Assembly: GCA_048013815.1 (NCBI GenBank)
Contig: CM106585.1
Span: 10,788,001-10,852,000 of the forward strand
Length of the DNA: 64,000 nucleotides
Reading direction: 5' to 3'
Source: Setoptus koraiensis
Lineage: Eukaryota > Animalia > Arthropoda
Shown here: positions 25,705 to 38,808 of the stretch, one piece after another
Layout: every line of letters begins with the position of its first letter
Position numbering within the stretch: position 1 is the first letter of the stretch
Translations under genes and position numbers: made by a program
The notes under the pieces: generated by a model
The model's input: the letters and a program-made list of their open reading frames with translations, nothing else
Database searches by the model: none
Told to the model about the DNA's origin: nothing

Positions 25705-28700
25705 CTGTTGTTGCTGCTGTTGTTGCTGCTGTTGTTGCTGCTGTTGTTGCTGCTGTTGGCGCTGTCGTTGTTGTTGCTGGCGCTGTCGTGGGCGCCGTTG
25801 TGGGCGCTGTTGTTGTTGCTGTTGCCGTTGTATCGCGATGAGTGACACTCGAACGGTTTGTGTGTCACACGCAACCGACTACAACGAGGGGCCGCCAGTT
25901 GGCCGCAATCACGACAGGCCCCTGACACGCCGAGCGAGCGCGTGCAGCGGCCAACGAGGCGCCGCCACACGAGGGAACCGGCGGGCCGAGGGGCCGCCAG
26001 CGCGGCGCGGCGCCATCCGACGAGACGCAAACAAAAAACTGCCAACCGAGCGCACCCTCGCATCCCTAAACTGTTACTACACTGACTAACGGGCTCGCTG
26101 GCTGGGGCCCGGCCCGGCGTGTGACTGGTCGCGTCAGTCATACAGGCCGCCATCAGTGAGACCGCCGGTTGGGCGAGGCGCCGCCAACGGCGCAGCCGAG
26201 CAGCGCAAAAATTAATTGTAAAGTTCAGCCGACGCTGGCGCGCGCGCACAACTGACGCAAAACTAATTACTAATTAATTGTCGAACGCTAATCACCTGCT
26301 CGTCGGGCCGCGCCGGCCCGAGAAGCGCGCCGTTCGCGCTGTCTCGGCGTTCGGATCACTATGATGTTCAGGCGCTCGGATAACTGTGATGTTCGGGCGC
26401 TTGGATCACTGCGATGCTCAGGCGTTCGGGCCGGCCGCGGGCTGCTTCGGGCCGGCTCGAGCCGCCGCCAAGTGGCCAGAAATAGCGCGCGCGCGATGAC
26501 AATTGAGTTGTTGTAAATTGCACTCTGTAATGGATAACTCGCATCATCCTTCACCCGGACCGCAGTGGCGGCGCGACCGCCGCCACCGCTGCGCCGACCC
26601 GCCGACATCGGGGCCCCGTTGTGGTGCGCGCAGCTCATGAATGGCGCTGACGCGTCATGTTTGCCGACACGATCGTTTTGTTGTTTGGCGTGCTGTTGTG
26701 CTGTTGTGCTGGGCCGAATAGCCAGAATAGGCGCCCCTTCACGATGCTCACAATGCTCGCAATGTTCACAATGTTCACAATGGGGCTGCGCGAAAGTCGC
26801 TAGGTGCCCAATTGCAGCAGCAGCGGCAGCACACACTTACGAACAGGCTGGCATGAGGGCGAACACAGTGGCGAAATGCGAACAACATTGTTATTGTTGT
26901 GCGCGCTTCCTCGTCAAGGTGAGCGGCGTCGTTTCGACAGGTGAGCGCCGGCCGCCGAATTGGTTGTTCTTTGTCAAGATAACAACGTGCGATAGTGGCC
27001 CTAATAACTCGCTCGCTCACTCTCTTTTATGAGTTATATTATGTAACCGGTAGCGCCGTCGATGGCAGACGCTGCTGCCGGGCCGCCGCCGCCACCGCCG
27101 CCGTAAGTGCACGTGCAACAATGGGGCCGCCGCCAACAACAACAACATGGCGCGCCAACAATGGGGCCCAGTGTCGGCATGCGGTGGCTTTTGTCCGACA
27201 CACACACAACTTGTCGAAACGCATCGGATGCTGGCGATGAGCAGCGCGCCAAGTGCCGCTCGCTTTCGGGCCCGTCGCTCGTCGCTAGGTGCCCGTCGCG
27301 ACTTGCAACCGGCCACCGGCACCTAGCGACGGGCCACTGGCGCCCAGCGACTCGAACCTGGCGACGAGCGCCACTTGCCTGCCCGAGACAGCGACTCGAG
27401 AGGCCAGTTCCGACGTGCCGGCGACTCATCCCGCTCGACGCGCCACCGACTCATCGCGCGCGACGCGCCCCACCGACACCCAACGAGCTGGCATGTTTTT
27501 CATGTTTCGGAGGCCGCGCCGCGCCGTCAAGTTGCACCGCTGGCTGGTTTGCAACATCAGCATCGAGCAAGCTCGCAGCTCATCATATCCATCCGCTTCA
27601 TTTCTGGCCGATTTGAGCCGGCGTCTCGGTTAGGAGCGGGCGCAGGCGGCGGCGCTCGCTCGGGCGGCTCGCCGGGCCCGTGGGCCGACAGAAGTGGGGC
27701 GCAATTGTGGCAAAGTGAGCAAACTTGATGTAATATGTTTTATTGAGTTATGCAAATTGCAGCGCACATACTCACACAACAAGACGCTCGCCGTTGTTGC
27801 CGTGGCTGCCGTTGTCGGGCGCCGCGTTGTTGCCGTGGCTGCCGTTGTTGTTGCTGTCGGGCGCCTCGTTGTTGCTGGCCCCGTTACCGCTGCTGGCACG
27901 AGCACGGGATAAAAGCGCGCCAACGGGCCACGCGGCGGCCAACAAGCGAGAACAACACGTTGTTTGCACGAGCCAGATGGATTGATTTACACTTGTCGTG
28001 CCTACGCCGGCCGCCACAGCAGTCGATCTTTTCCTTTGCATGGGGCCAGCCTGCCATCTGGCCCCATCTCTAACTCACTTTATCAATTGCACTTGGCGTG
28101 CGCCCGCCGCTCGCGCCAGCCACCGAGCTGCCAAGCTCGCTGGCAGGCTCACTGGCAGCCCGACTGACTGGCGAGACTGGCGAGACTGGCGAGGCCGCCG
28201 AGACTTGCCAGTGGGGCCGCCGAGACGCTTATCAGGCTGCTGCCAATGAGATGAGATGAGAAAGTTTAATTTTTTATCCGCGCGCTCGCAGGGGCACTCC
28301 GCCCTCCAAACAACTACTTAAGCGCCATTTGAATTCTTCAGCAGGCGCCCCCGTTCGCGCGCACTTGTTTTGTGAGCGGTCTCGCCAAGACAGTGTTGGC
28401 TAGACACTGCGCACTGTTCACTGTGTATCACTCAAATTTAATACTCGCATGCGAGCCGTTGCCGTTGCCGTTGCCTCCAACGCCAACGCTGCTGCCACTG
28501 TCCAATATTCACGTATTTTGCGCAATGTGTCTATGGAGCGACGCCACTATTTAGGCAGATTAAACTGGGCCGCCCGAAACAATTTTGCTCACTGCTGCGC
28601 TGCCACACACACACAACAGGGTTACGCAACAATAACAAGGGATAACACCCACTAACCACGTATAACGCGCCGGATAACAGGGGGGCCCGCACCGGATAAC

Positions 28701-31700
28701 AGCACAAGCCGTCCGCTGGAAGCCTCGACAAGCCGCCATTAGTGCCGCCGCCGCCGCCGTTTTGGCCTTGGTAATCCCATTTCGCCCATTTTGGCTGGGG
28801 TTGGCGCTGGGATATTTCGCTGCCGGCCTGTCGTGGGCCCGTCGCTCGCCGTCGGACCGTTGCGCAGTGGCAAAGGGTTGCTCATTATAATATACGCCTG
28901 CCCGTATAAGAAGTTGTGCCCCCCCCCCTAACGATCTCATTCACTAAATTCTTTCGTTCTTTCTCGGCCCCCTCGAGGCTCCTTCGAGCTGCCGACGGGC
29001 CGTTGTGGGCCAAAATTTTTGGGCCGCGTTCTTGTGCGGCCGCTCGTCCTCTGCGATCACCTTCGCGTGTCGTTAGCGTTGTCGTTGTTGCTCTTTGAAC
29101 AACGTCAACGAGGCCAACAACAACAACAGCGGCAACAACGGCGGCAACAACAGCGACACCGTTCTACAATGTTGATTCATATCGATGATTATGCACGCAC
29201 GCAGTGACTAACCTTTGGCGGGGCCCGCTCATCAGCGCCCGCCGCTAACAAACAAATTGGCCGCTCTCGAGCGACTGGCGCCGCTCGGGCAGCAGCGAGC
29301 GCGACGAGCACGCCAAGCGGCCCGATTAGCGATTCGCGACTTGCGCCTAGCGACTTGCGACTCGCGACTCGCGAAACTCGTTATCGCAAGTCGCTGGGCG
29401 CACCAGCGATGCAGCCAGTCGCTGATTGGCGGCTGCAGCTGGCTAAATTAAACACTGCAAATGGGCCGATGTGTCGAGGCGTCACGGCGCCACTTGGCCG
29501 CTGAATTTTGCGTGTCTTAAATTGGCCATACATTATTTTTCAATTTAATTTTCATTATCTCGTGCGCACATGGCGCCCGCGGACGCCCGAGCCCGGCAGT
29601 CGGCCCGACGCGCCGTTCATCTAGCCAGCGCCGCCATCTAGCCAGCGCCGCCATCTAGCCAGCGCCGCCATCTTGCCAGCGCCTAAGCACTGGCTACACT
29701 GACAGCAAATAGACTGCGAGTGCAAACTCAACGAGTGCGACCACCGCCGGCGACACTGCTAAAAAGTGTTGCCAAAATTAATCTCTCCGACAACAGGGGG
29801 CGAATATCGCGCGCCGTTACCTAATCAGCGGCGCCTGTCGGGCCGGCCCGACGCAGTCGCCGGCCCGATGCAGTTTAAGCCCCAATTGACGTGTAGCTTG
29901 CATTTTGTTGTTGATGTTGCGCCGCTTGCAGTTTGTTTGCTCGGGCGCCGGCAATCAATGTGCTCGCTTCAATTGAGTTGGTTGCGCTGAAAATAAATCA
30001 AGCGATTGGCGCCCACTTATTCTTGGCATTGATGCGAGAACAAATGTTGTTGACGGGTCGGCCTCGTTTCGCCACAAGCCGCTGTGCCCCCAAACATTGC
30101 GCGGCCATACCCTGCAGAACTCGCGCTGTACCCGCCAGAACTCGCGCTGTACCCGCCAGAACTTGCGCTGTACCCTGCAGAACTTGCGCTGTGGCTGGCC
30201 AAAACTCGCGAGCGTTGCGCCGCCGTTTGGCGCCACTCGGAGTGGCCCCAACTGGCGAGCTCGCAAACTCGCCAGCTCAAAATCGCTTAAACTGGCGGCA
30301 AAAGCGCTCAAACTTGAGCCCAAACTCCGGCTTGCCAATGCATTGCGGGGGCTCTTTGGCGCCGTTATCCACTTGTCAGTGATAAGTTGATACACAGCTC
30401 ACATCTCGCAGCTCATAACTCATAACTGTGATCTCAACAACAGCGCCTATTATCGCTGTTTGTCCTCCAAGTCTCGCTTGCATCGCGCTGGCGAGCTAGC
30501 TGGCAAGTGCGCTGCTAGTTAGGCGGCGGGCGGGGGGGCATGTTGTGATCGGCCGGGCGTCGCGCAAAACCGATGGCCAGTTGCGCCCCCTCCCACGCTC
30601 AGCGCCCACACTCAGCGCAAACCGATCGGCCATTTAGGACTGGGCCGGAGCCGGCCCATTGAGGCGTATCAATTGGGGCCCGCGCTGTGTCGGAAACTGC
30701 AATGAAACACACCTATGATTTGCGCCTCGTCAGCTGATGAGGCCGGCGCAATGATACAACAATGTAAGCAATATGTATATGGTTGCGTAATGTACGAACG
30801 GGCGCGCACCGTTCCAGTTACGACCCGTTGCATAATGTTCAATAAATACATGACAGCGGCCGCTGGCCACACGAAAGCGCCAGCACGAAACGAGCGGCCC
30901 GGCAAGTGCAAATTGTCGGCCCGGCGAGTGCAAATTGTCGGCCCGGCGCCCTCGGTTCCGGCGCCACTTGACGGCCAATTGGCCCCGGCGAGGCGCGCCC
31001 ACCGGGGTCGCAGGCTAGATGGGCGTCGTGCCACGGCGGCGACACGAGCCCCGTGCAAACGACACGGTGTCAGCGATGCCAAGGGCCCGATCATCACAAG
31101 GGCACGAGGGCCAGACACGAGAGCAACGAGGCCGCACAGCTGACCGCCGGCTCAGCGGCATCGATGGTCGGACGGGCCGGCCGGCTCAGCGGCATCGGTG
31201 GTCGGTGGAGCGGGCCGGCTCAGCGGCATCGGTGGTCGGACGGGCCGGCCGGCGCGAGTCGATAATGAGACAAAATGAAGCGGAGAGAGTTATGGCCGTT
31301 TTGTAACTGGAGTTGTGCAGTCGGCCGGCAGTCAGAAATAGAAATGAAGATAAATTGGCACCTTCCATTCGCGTTGTGCCGGCCCGCTCGCTGCCGCTTG
31401 GCTGGCTCGCTGGCTGGCTGGCTGGCCCATTGATTGCCCATCGATTCACATAATTCTAGAGAGAGCCGCTCATATAACACACATATGGCAGCCAACATTG
31501 TGACATGTGATCGATGGGCATTGTCTGAGCGGTCTATTCGCTCGCTGGGGCCCCTATTTAGCCCGGCGTCATCTAGAGCCCGGCTAGTGGAGCCGCCGGC
31601 CTGGCCCCATTTCGGCGCTGGCTGGGCCGCTGTGCGCGGGCCCCACAATGAGCCAGGCCCAGTCGGGCATATCTGGGCCCGTCCGCTGGATTCGGGGCCC

Positions 31701-32686
31701 CAAATCTAGCAGAGGGGCCCCAAATCTAGCAGAGGGGCGCTTAGCGGACGATCTAGCCAGTCAGCAGTTTATCGTTGATAGTTTATCAACTGCTGGCTGG
31801 CTGGCTGGCGAGCTGTTAGACGCGCAGGCACAGGAGACAAGTGAGCAATTGTTGTATTGTTTTGTTATCGCTGGCCCCAGTGCCGAGCACAGCCAACGAG
31901 GCCAGCCAGTGGGCCGGTCGGCCAGCATCACCGCTGCCAACCACACACCATCTATTTTTTATCCGCCAATCCGCCAGGGCCTGTGCTTGTGCAGCCGATT
32001 TTACAGTTGCCAGCCGGCCACCAATTGGGGCCCCAATAGCGCAACAACATTGTGTGCGCCGGGCCCAATGTTGCGCCGCTTCATTGTGCCGCCTCCATAT
32101 AGGTATGTATATTTATTGATGCCTATTAGTGATGGTGCGAGCGGGTGTGCGCGCCAGTTTGCTGTTTGTTTGTGCCATTTAAACAGAAATGAGATGTCTT
32201 ATATTTTATATTTATTCGCTCGCAACCGTCATATTGGGCCGCGCAATTCGCGCCGGCAATTCAGCTCCGCACAATTGCCACGTCAGCCAGCCAGCCAGCC
32301 AGCCATTTGCACTTGGCGCGAATTTCCTTGGACAATAACGGCCCCCCAACGACCGCCAAGGGCCTTGCCGAGATGAGCGGTTGCGCAATGGTTTGAGCTG
32401 GAATTGTGTGGTGCAACAGCGAGTCGTGGTGGCTGTCGTTGTTGTCGTCGCTGTCGTTGTTGTTGCTGTCGTTGTCGTCGTTGTTGTTGTCGTTGTTCGG
32501 TTGTTGTCGTTGTTGTCGTTGTTCGGTTGTTGTCGCTGTTGGGCGACAACAAAAGTGATTATCATCACTGAATTCTATGAGAACAAGGGATGACAGCACG
32601 CGCGAGCAATTTGCACTGCTCGCGGCCTGGCCCCAGTTTGTGACAGCGCCGCTCACTGTGTGCAAGCGACAATTTCAGGAAACACA

Positions 32687-32725
<39 letters not shown>

Positions 32726-32851
32726 TATGATTGTGTTAGTTTGTTTGTTTGTTTGTGCGCCACTTCTCTAAGTGTATTGCCACTAGCAACTCGTGCCCTG
32801 TTGTTGTTGTTGCGGCCGTTGTTGTTGTGTGGTTGTTGTTGTCGCCGTTGT

Positions 32852-32886
<35 letters not shown>

Positions 32887-32899
32887 TTGGCGTCGTTGT

Positions 32900-32934
<35 letters not shown>

Positions 32935-35900
32935 TTGGCGTCGTTGTTGTTGCTAGCATTGTGGCTGTTGTGGCTGTCGTGGCTGTAGCGGCCGCTGTTG
33001 CCGGCGTTGGGCATGATTGAATTGCATCGGCAAATTTAATTGGGCCCAGCAGCCAGTGACGGACGCTCGGACACACCGACCGACTGAAAGGGCGCCCAAG
33101 TGGCAGCGCGCATTGAAACGGAAGTTGGCAGCGTCTTCCTTTTCATCGCCGGCAACTCGCTGTTGCGCTGTCAGCCATGGGGGCCATTTCGAGCCCGACA
33201 GCCAGCTGCGAATGGTTAGCTCGAGTGGCCACTGTGGCGACTGCAGCGACTATAGCGACTATTGCCACCACTGCGACTATAGCGACGATGGCGACTATAG
33301 CGACGATGGCGACTATAGCGACCATTGCGACCAGTGCCTCACACGCACACATCACAGTGAGCGATGCCTGGCAAGACAGCAATGGCACCAGCCATGGCAC
33401 TCGTCGGGGCCCCAGTGGCACTCGCGGCACCCTTGGCGCAACCCGTGCAAGCGGCTGGCAGCCGTGGCAGCATCACGACATTGTCGTCACATTGTTGTTT
33501 AACAGCCAGCTGTTCGGCTAACACTCATATCCACACATATCTGCACATATCCACACACACGCACACACACACACACACACACATCTACACATATCCACAC
33601 ATATCCACACATATCCGCGCGCGTTAAATCGGGGCCCCATCTCGTCTGGTTAGACAGCCGGCTCATTGTTGGACAGACAACACCACCAACTAACACGTTG
33701 TCACGTTGCAAGCTTGCTGGCGTGCGTGCCAAACGCGTGCCAGCGCAATCATTGTGCCACACAATAACAGCCCAAAACGTTATAGCGGCCACAGTGGCTC
33801 CCATAAACGCCACGTTATTGTGCCGTGCGGATATTGTGCTACACGGATATTGTGTTGTGCTATATGGATATTGTTGTTGCATGGCACACTAACTCTGTCC
33901 GTGGGCACAGTGGCTCGCTCGTGGCCGTGATAGGGCCCGTTCATCAGCGCGAGCGCATAGTGTTACCGTTCACCGTTACTCCTGGCCTGGGTCGCCTCAT
34001 CTCGCCACATCTCAGCCAGGCCTCAATTGGGCCTGGCGCGAGGTGGGTGTCGCGTTACTTGCTGGCGCTCACCGGGCCTCGCTGGGCCTCGTTGGGCCTC
34101 ATTGGGCCTCGTTGGGCCTCGTTGGGCCTCGTTGGGCGCGTGTGGCGCGTGCGGCAAGTGGCTAGGCGCTAATCGCTGGTCGTTAGTTGTGCAGGCTCGT
34201 CGTGCTGCCAGTGCCAAGCTGACGGTTGCCACCGACCGCCGAGCGATCCACCGACCGAGCGATCCACCGACCGAGCGATAGCGCCACCGAAATGAGGCCC
34301 GCCAAGAATTGGCCCGGTGTCGCCTTGGCCTGGCCCCAGCAGCCCAATTGATGATGTTGGGCGGCTCTGTTGCTGACACATTATGGCAAACGAGATTGAG
34401 AGATGGCACACAGTCAGCGACAAAAGCAAAGGTGACTGACTCAATGAAGGCAGCCGCGGAGAATAATGGCACACCAATACTGTGACAGCGGCGCCCAGAT
34501 AGCGACCGACCGAGCGGCCCGAAAGGGGACCCCGAGTAGGTTATAAAATGAATAAATCAAGTGTCGTCTCCATCTCGTCGATCACTCGCTGGTATCGTCG
34601 CGCGCATGCAGTTGGCATTGCGTTTCTGCTCGCTTGTTAGCCTCGCTGCCACCTAACGCTCTCTTGACATCGCCCAAATGAGCGAAATCACTAAAATCGC
34701 TCGCTCTCACCCCTGTCTCGCCAGCCCCGAGCCGGCGAGTCGAGCCTCTGGGTCGAGGCTTTGGCTCGAGCCTCTGGGTCGAGCCTCTGGGTCGAGCCTC
34801 TGGGCCGGGCCGGCGAGTCAAGCTGGCGAGTCGAGTGCCCGCGAGTAAAGCCAGCGAGTCGAGCCAGCGAGTCGAGCCAGTCGAGCCGGCAAGTGAGTGA
34901 GCGGATGGCCAGCCAGACAGCGGACGAGTGGCGGCGGGAGCCGCTGGCCGGCGAGCCAGCGAAAGAGGTCGACGTGCCAGCGAAAGAGGCCGGCGAGCGG
35001 CAAAACGACGAGCAAACAAGAGCTAGTCGAGACGAGTAAATCACTTGTCTCGGTTATCGGGTCTCGCCGGCCCGTTGGCTGGCCCCCTGTCCCGGTCCCC
35101 ACTGTCTCTGCTCCCCACGGCTAAGTGCACACACACGAGCGCGGGCACGGGCACAACGGTGCCCCAAGTGTGCGCCGCCCGAACGACACGTGCTCGCACA
35201 AAACAATTGGCCCCACAAAGCGGCCCCCCTCCCGCCCGAACAAGGTCGCAGCCCGTCGGTGAGCCAGCCAGCCAGCAATTTAGTACCCGATCGACTGAGG
35301 CCGACTGGCAACTTTTTGGGCCCTGGCCACTATTTAGCGCCGCCAGTTACAGTGACTGTGTTACTGCCACCACGACGTGCGCGCCGTTTTTGCAGCCGGG
35401 GGCCCACTGTGTCGACTGCGAAATGGCCCGCTAGGGCGCATGTGCCCCCAACGCTAGCGCACCCAGCGACAACAGCGCCAACAGAGCGGCAGCGGCAACA
35501 GCAATTGGGGCGCCCAGCGCGGCTACCGTCGCCAGCGACTGGCGCCACCATTACGAGGTAGCGACTATTAGCAGTGGGGAGACAAGCGAGACGAGAGCGA
35601 CAAGAACAGTTACAAAGTGTTGCCAGTTAAAAAATTAATTACCCGCTCCAAATTTAACTCTGGCTGGGGCGCCTTTGTGTTGTGTTTATTCGGATGTTGT
35701 TGTTGTTGTGCGCGTTCGGATGCTGCTGTTGTTGCCGTTTTTCGCCGTCGTTGGCTCTGGTGGGTGTTGTTGTTGGCGCGGTGTCTTGTGTGCCGCGCTA
35801 ACTGTCGCCCGGCCGGCCCGACGCAGCGAGCCAGCACAAACAGTCGGCTCGGCCCAAACAACGCTGGCCAGTTGCAACAAACAGTGGGCTGGCGCTGCAA

Positions 35901-38759
35901 CAAACAGTCGCCTGACGCCAAACAACTGCAGCCACTGGCCGCAGTAACTGGGGCTCTCGCTTCGACGAGTCCCCGCGTCGTCGTTGGGGCCCGCTGTGTC
36001 TGCTGGGGGCCCCAGCAGCGTGTGTGTGTGTGTGTGTGTGTGTCGCCTACGCTAGATTTGATAAGCTAGATTTGGCAAACACAGAACAAACGACAACGAC
36101 AAGCCAGGCCAGACAGAGAGAACAAAACACACACACTCCTCTTATCTCTGTCGGGCTGGCCCGCGGAGATGATGCAAGCCGTCTCCAGTTACCAACTGCT
36201 CGCTACTTTAAATCGCCCGTCGTGTTTGTACCGACCGTGTGAGGGCCGCCCCCACTGGCGCCCGCCGGCGCCCGCTGGCAGTCGCTGCCAGCGAGCAACA
36301 AACGGCCAGCGAGCAACAAACGGGCGGCGAGCGGCCAGCCCGAACCGCTGCTGTGTTTCCATTATTTGCCCATCAACTCTTTATCTGTTGTTGTTGTTGT
36401 TGTTGTTGGCCGGAGGAGGCGCGTTTGCTTCGGTGATTCTCGCTCGGCCGCTCTCATGCTGGCCAGCCTGCCAGGCCAGCGAACGTCGAGATTGGCGAGT
36501 CGCCCCTTCGCCCAATATGGCGGCATCTCGCCAATCTCCGGGCGACGCCAACAGCGCCGACAACAACAACAACGACAACAACAGCGCCGACAACAACGAC
36601 AACAACAACGCCGACAACAACGACAACAACAACGACAACAACATCAGCGCCGGCGACAACAACAGCGACAGCAGCCGACGCGACGGCCATCTCGAACGGC
36701 CGCGAACAGTCTCGGACGCGACGCTGTGAATGACTAAAATCAAATCAGACCCTCGGCCACTGGATTAAGACTCTTTGTTGTGGCCGTTGTCGGCGCTGTC
36801 GGCGCATTGTTGCCGTTGTTGCCGTTTCTATTTCTGGCCGGCTTATAATTTTGCTAAAAGATGATCCGAGGCGCACGCACAATTGATGATCTCTTGAGCG
36901 CCGCTCTGCAGCGCCGCCGCCAGAGACGCTGACAGATATCTGGCTGGCGCCGCTGGTCAGCGAGCGAGCTTTGGCGAGCTAGCTCGCCGAGTTGCTGTGA
37001 GCTGTCTGCTGTCCGCTGTCCGCCGTGTTTGCAAACAAGTGCGCCAGTCTGACTGGCGCACGGCCGGGCTAGAGAACGCGCCCAAGCGCGAACTCGCCAA
37101 CAAACAGTTACGTAACACAAAACAACAACAATCATCATATGTGCTCTCTCTCTCTCTCTCGCTATCTGCTGCCATGTTTACTGTCTCATCGCGCTGGCTG
37201 GCTGGCTCGCTCGTTCGGCGGCTCGCTCGTTCGGCAGCTCGCTCGCCAGCAAACAAGCGGCTCTCATGCTGGTCGCCGGTCTGGCCAGCGAAAAGAACCG
37301 AGGGCCAAAGTTTTGTCTGTTTTGTGTATGTGTGCGCGATTGAACGCGCGATTGTCATCTTGAGTTAATTGGTTCAAGCCAGCGCGCGCGCCCGCCAACA
37401 ACTTGAACCAGCGCCAGCCAATCGCACCAATGCAACTTATACAAGCGCCCCAATTAAGCTGGCCCCCCCCCACCCAATCTCAATAATGCAATAGGTTGCT
37501 ACTTTGGTTTTACACGTGCACGACGAGCAGCACGAGCAAAGAAACGACACGCTAATAGAATTGTCATCGCGTGTGTGCATGAGTTATGTGACTGCATTAG
37601 ATTGCGCTCACCCTATGCCCGTCGAGCCGCCACAGGCCGGCCACCCAAACCAAATCAAATGGGCGACAAAGCGCCAGACGAGAAAGGTCGGCCCGAAATG
37701 GGCCCCATTTGATTGAGTGCAACCAAATGAAATAGTGTGATATCGGTGCCAATATTTGTCAAGATTGCAGCCATTTGGCCGCTCACTGGTCGCTCGACGC
37801 TGGCTGGCCGGCTGGCCGGCTGGCTCGGCGCTGGCTCGACGCCGGCCCGACGCTGGCTGGCAATTCCCACTGCCGCTGGCCGGCAATTTCCTCTGCCCGC
37901 TGGCTGGCTGGCTGGCAATTCCCACTGCCGCGCGGCTCGCGATGGGGCCTCGCCGGCAATTACTGCTGCCGGCGAGGCCCAATCGAGAATTGAACTACTG
38001 CGACCGGTGCAGCTACGGCAACTACTGCAACTACGGCAACCACTGCAACTGCTGCAACCAAACAACCGAGCGGAGAGAATTGCAAATCGAACAGATTGAT
38101 TTATGTGCGCATTATAATGTCAACAATAATTGACAATAGATTTACTTTCTGTGGCCGCGCCACTCATCATCATCAGCTGTAGCCATGTATATCGGTGATA
38201 GATGGTTTTCTGTCACAATCGAACACACTGAAAGAATGCAATGATGGCCAGACATCAAATGGTCATCACTTGGTCGAGCGGCTCGCACAATCTTAGAGAG
38301 GCTGCCTTAAGAGAGCTATTAGGCTGATGTGAGTTTAATTGAATTAAATCAATTCCCAGCGCCTCTCAATGGTTCTATTCAATCAATGATTTAATTTGGA
38401 TGTGATCTGCGCGCTCAATGACCATTACCAGTCGGCCCCATTGCTCATCTCTCGCACATGCTCTCGGCGCGTTGTTGTTGGCCGCTTCTGGTGATTGTTT
38501 AGGCCAGTGTCAGGCAGCCGACATTAAGCTGTTGTCCAGAGCTGCTTAGCACACATAACAGGTCCCCCATATAGGTCCACACCAAGACCAAATCAAACTC
38601 GAGTGTGTTAGCCACTGCCAATGGTGCCAGTCTGAGGGCACGGGGTCGAACAGATTTCATCCATTGTGGCAGTAGCTTCGAGTCTCGGTCCGTCAAAGGT
38701 CAAGCTAATAGTTTAAGCGATAGCCTAAGCTCTCGACCGTTATTCAAATAGGCCAGCAC

Positions 38760-38808
<49 letters not shown>

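Noticed and set aside
31648-32376. 242-aa plus-strand ORF as a nested gene
   Set aside because: No family motif, it contains tandem-duplication artefacts, and its composition is not clearly coding.
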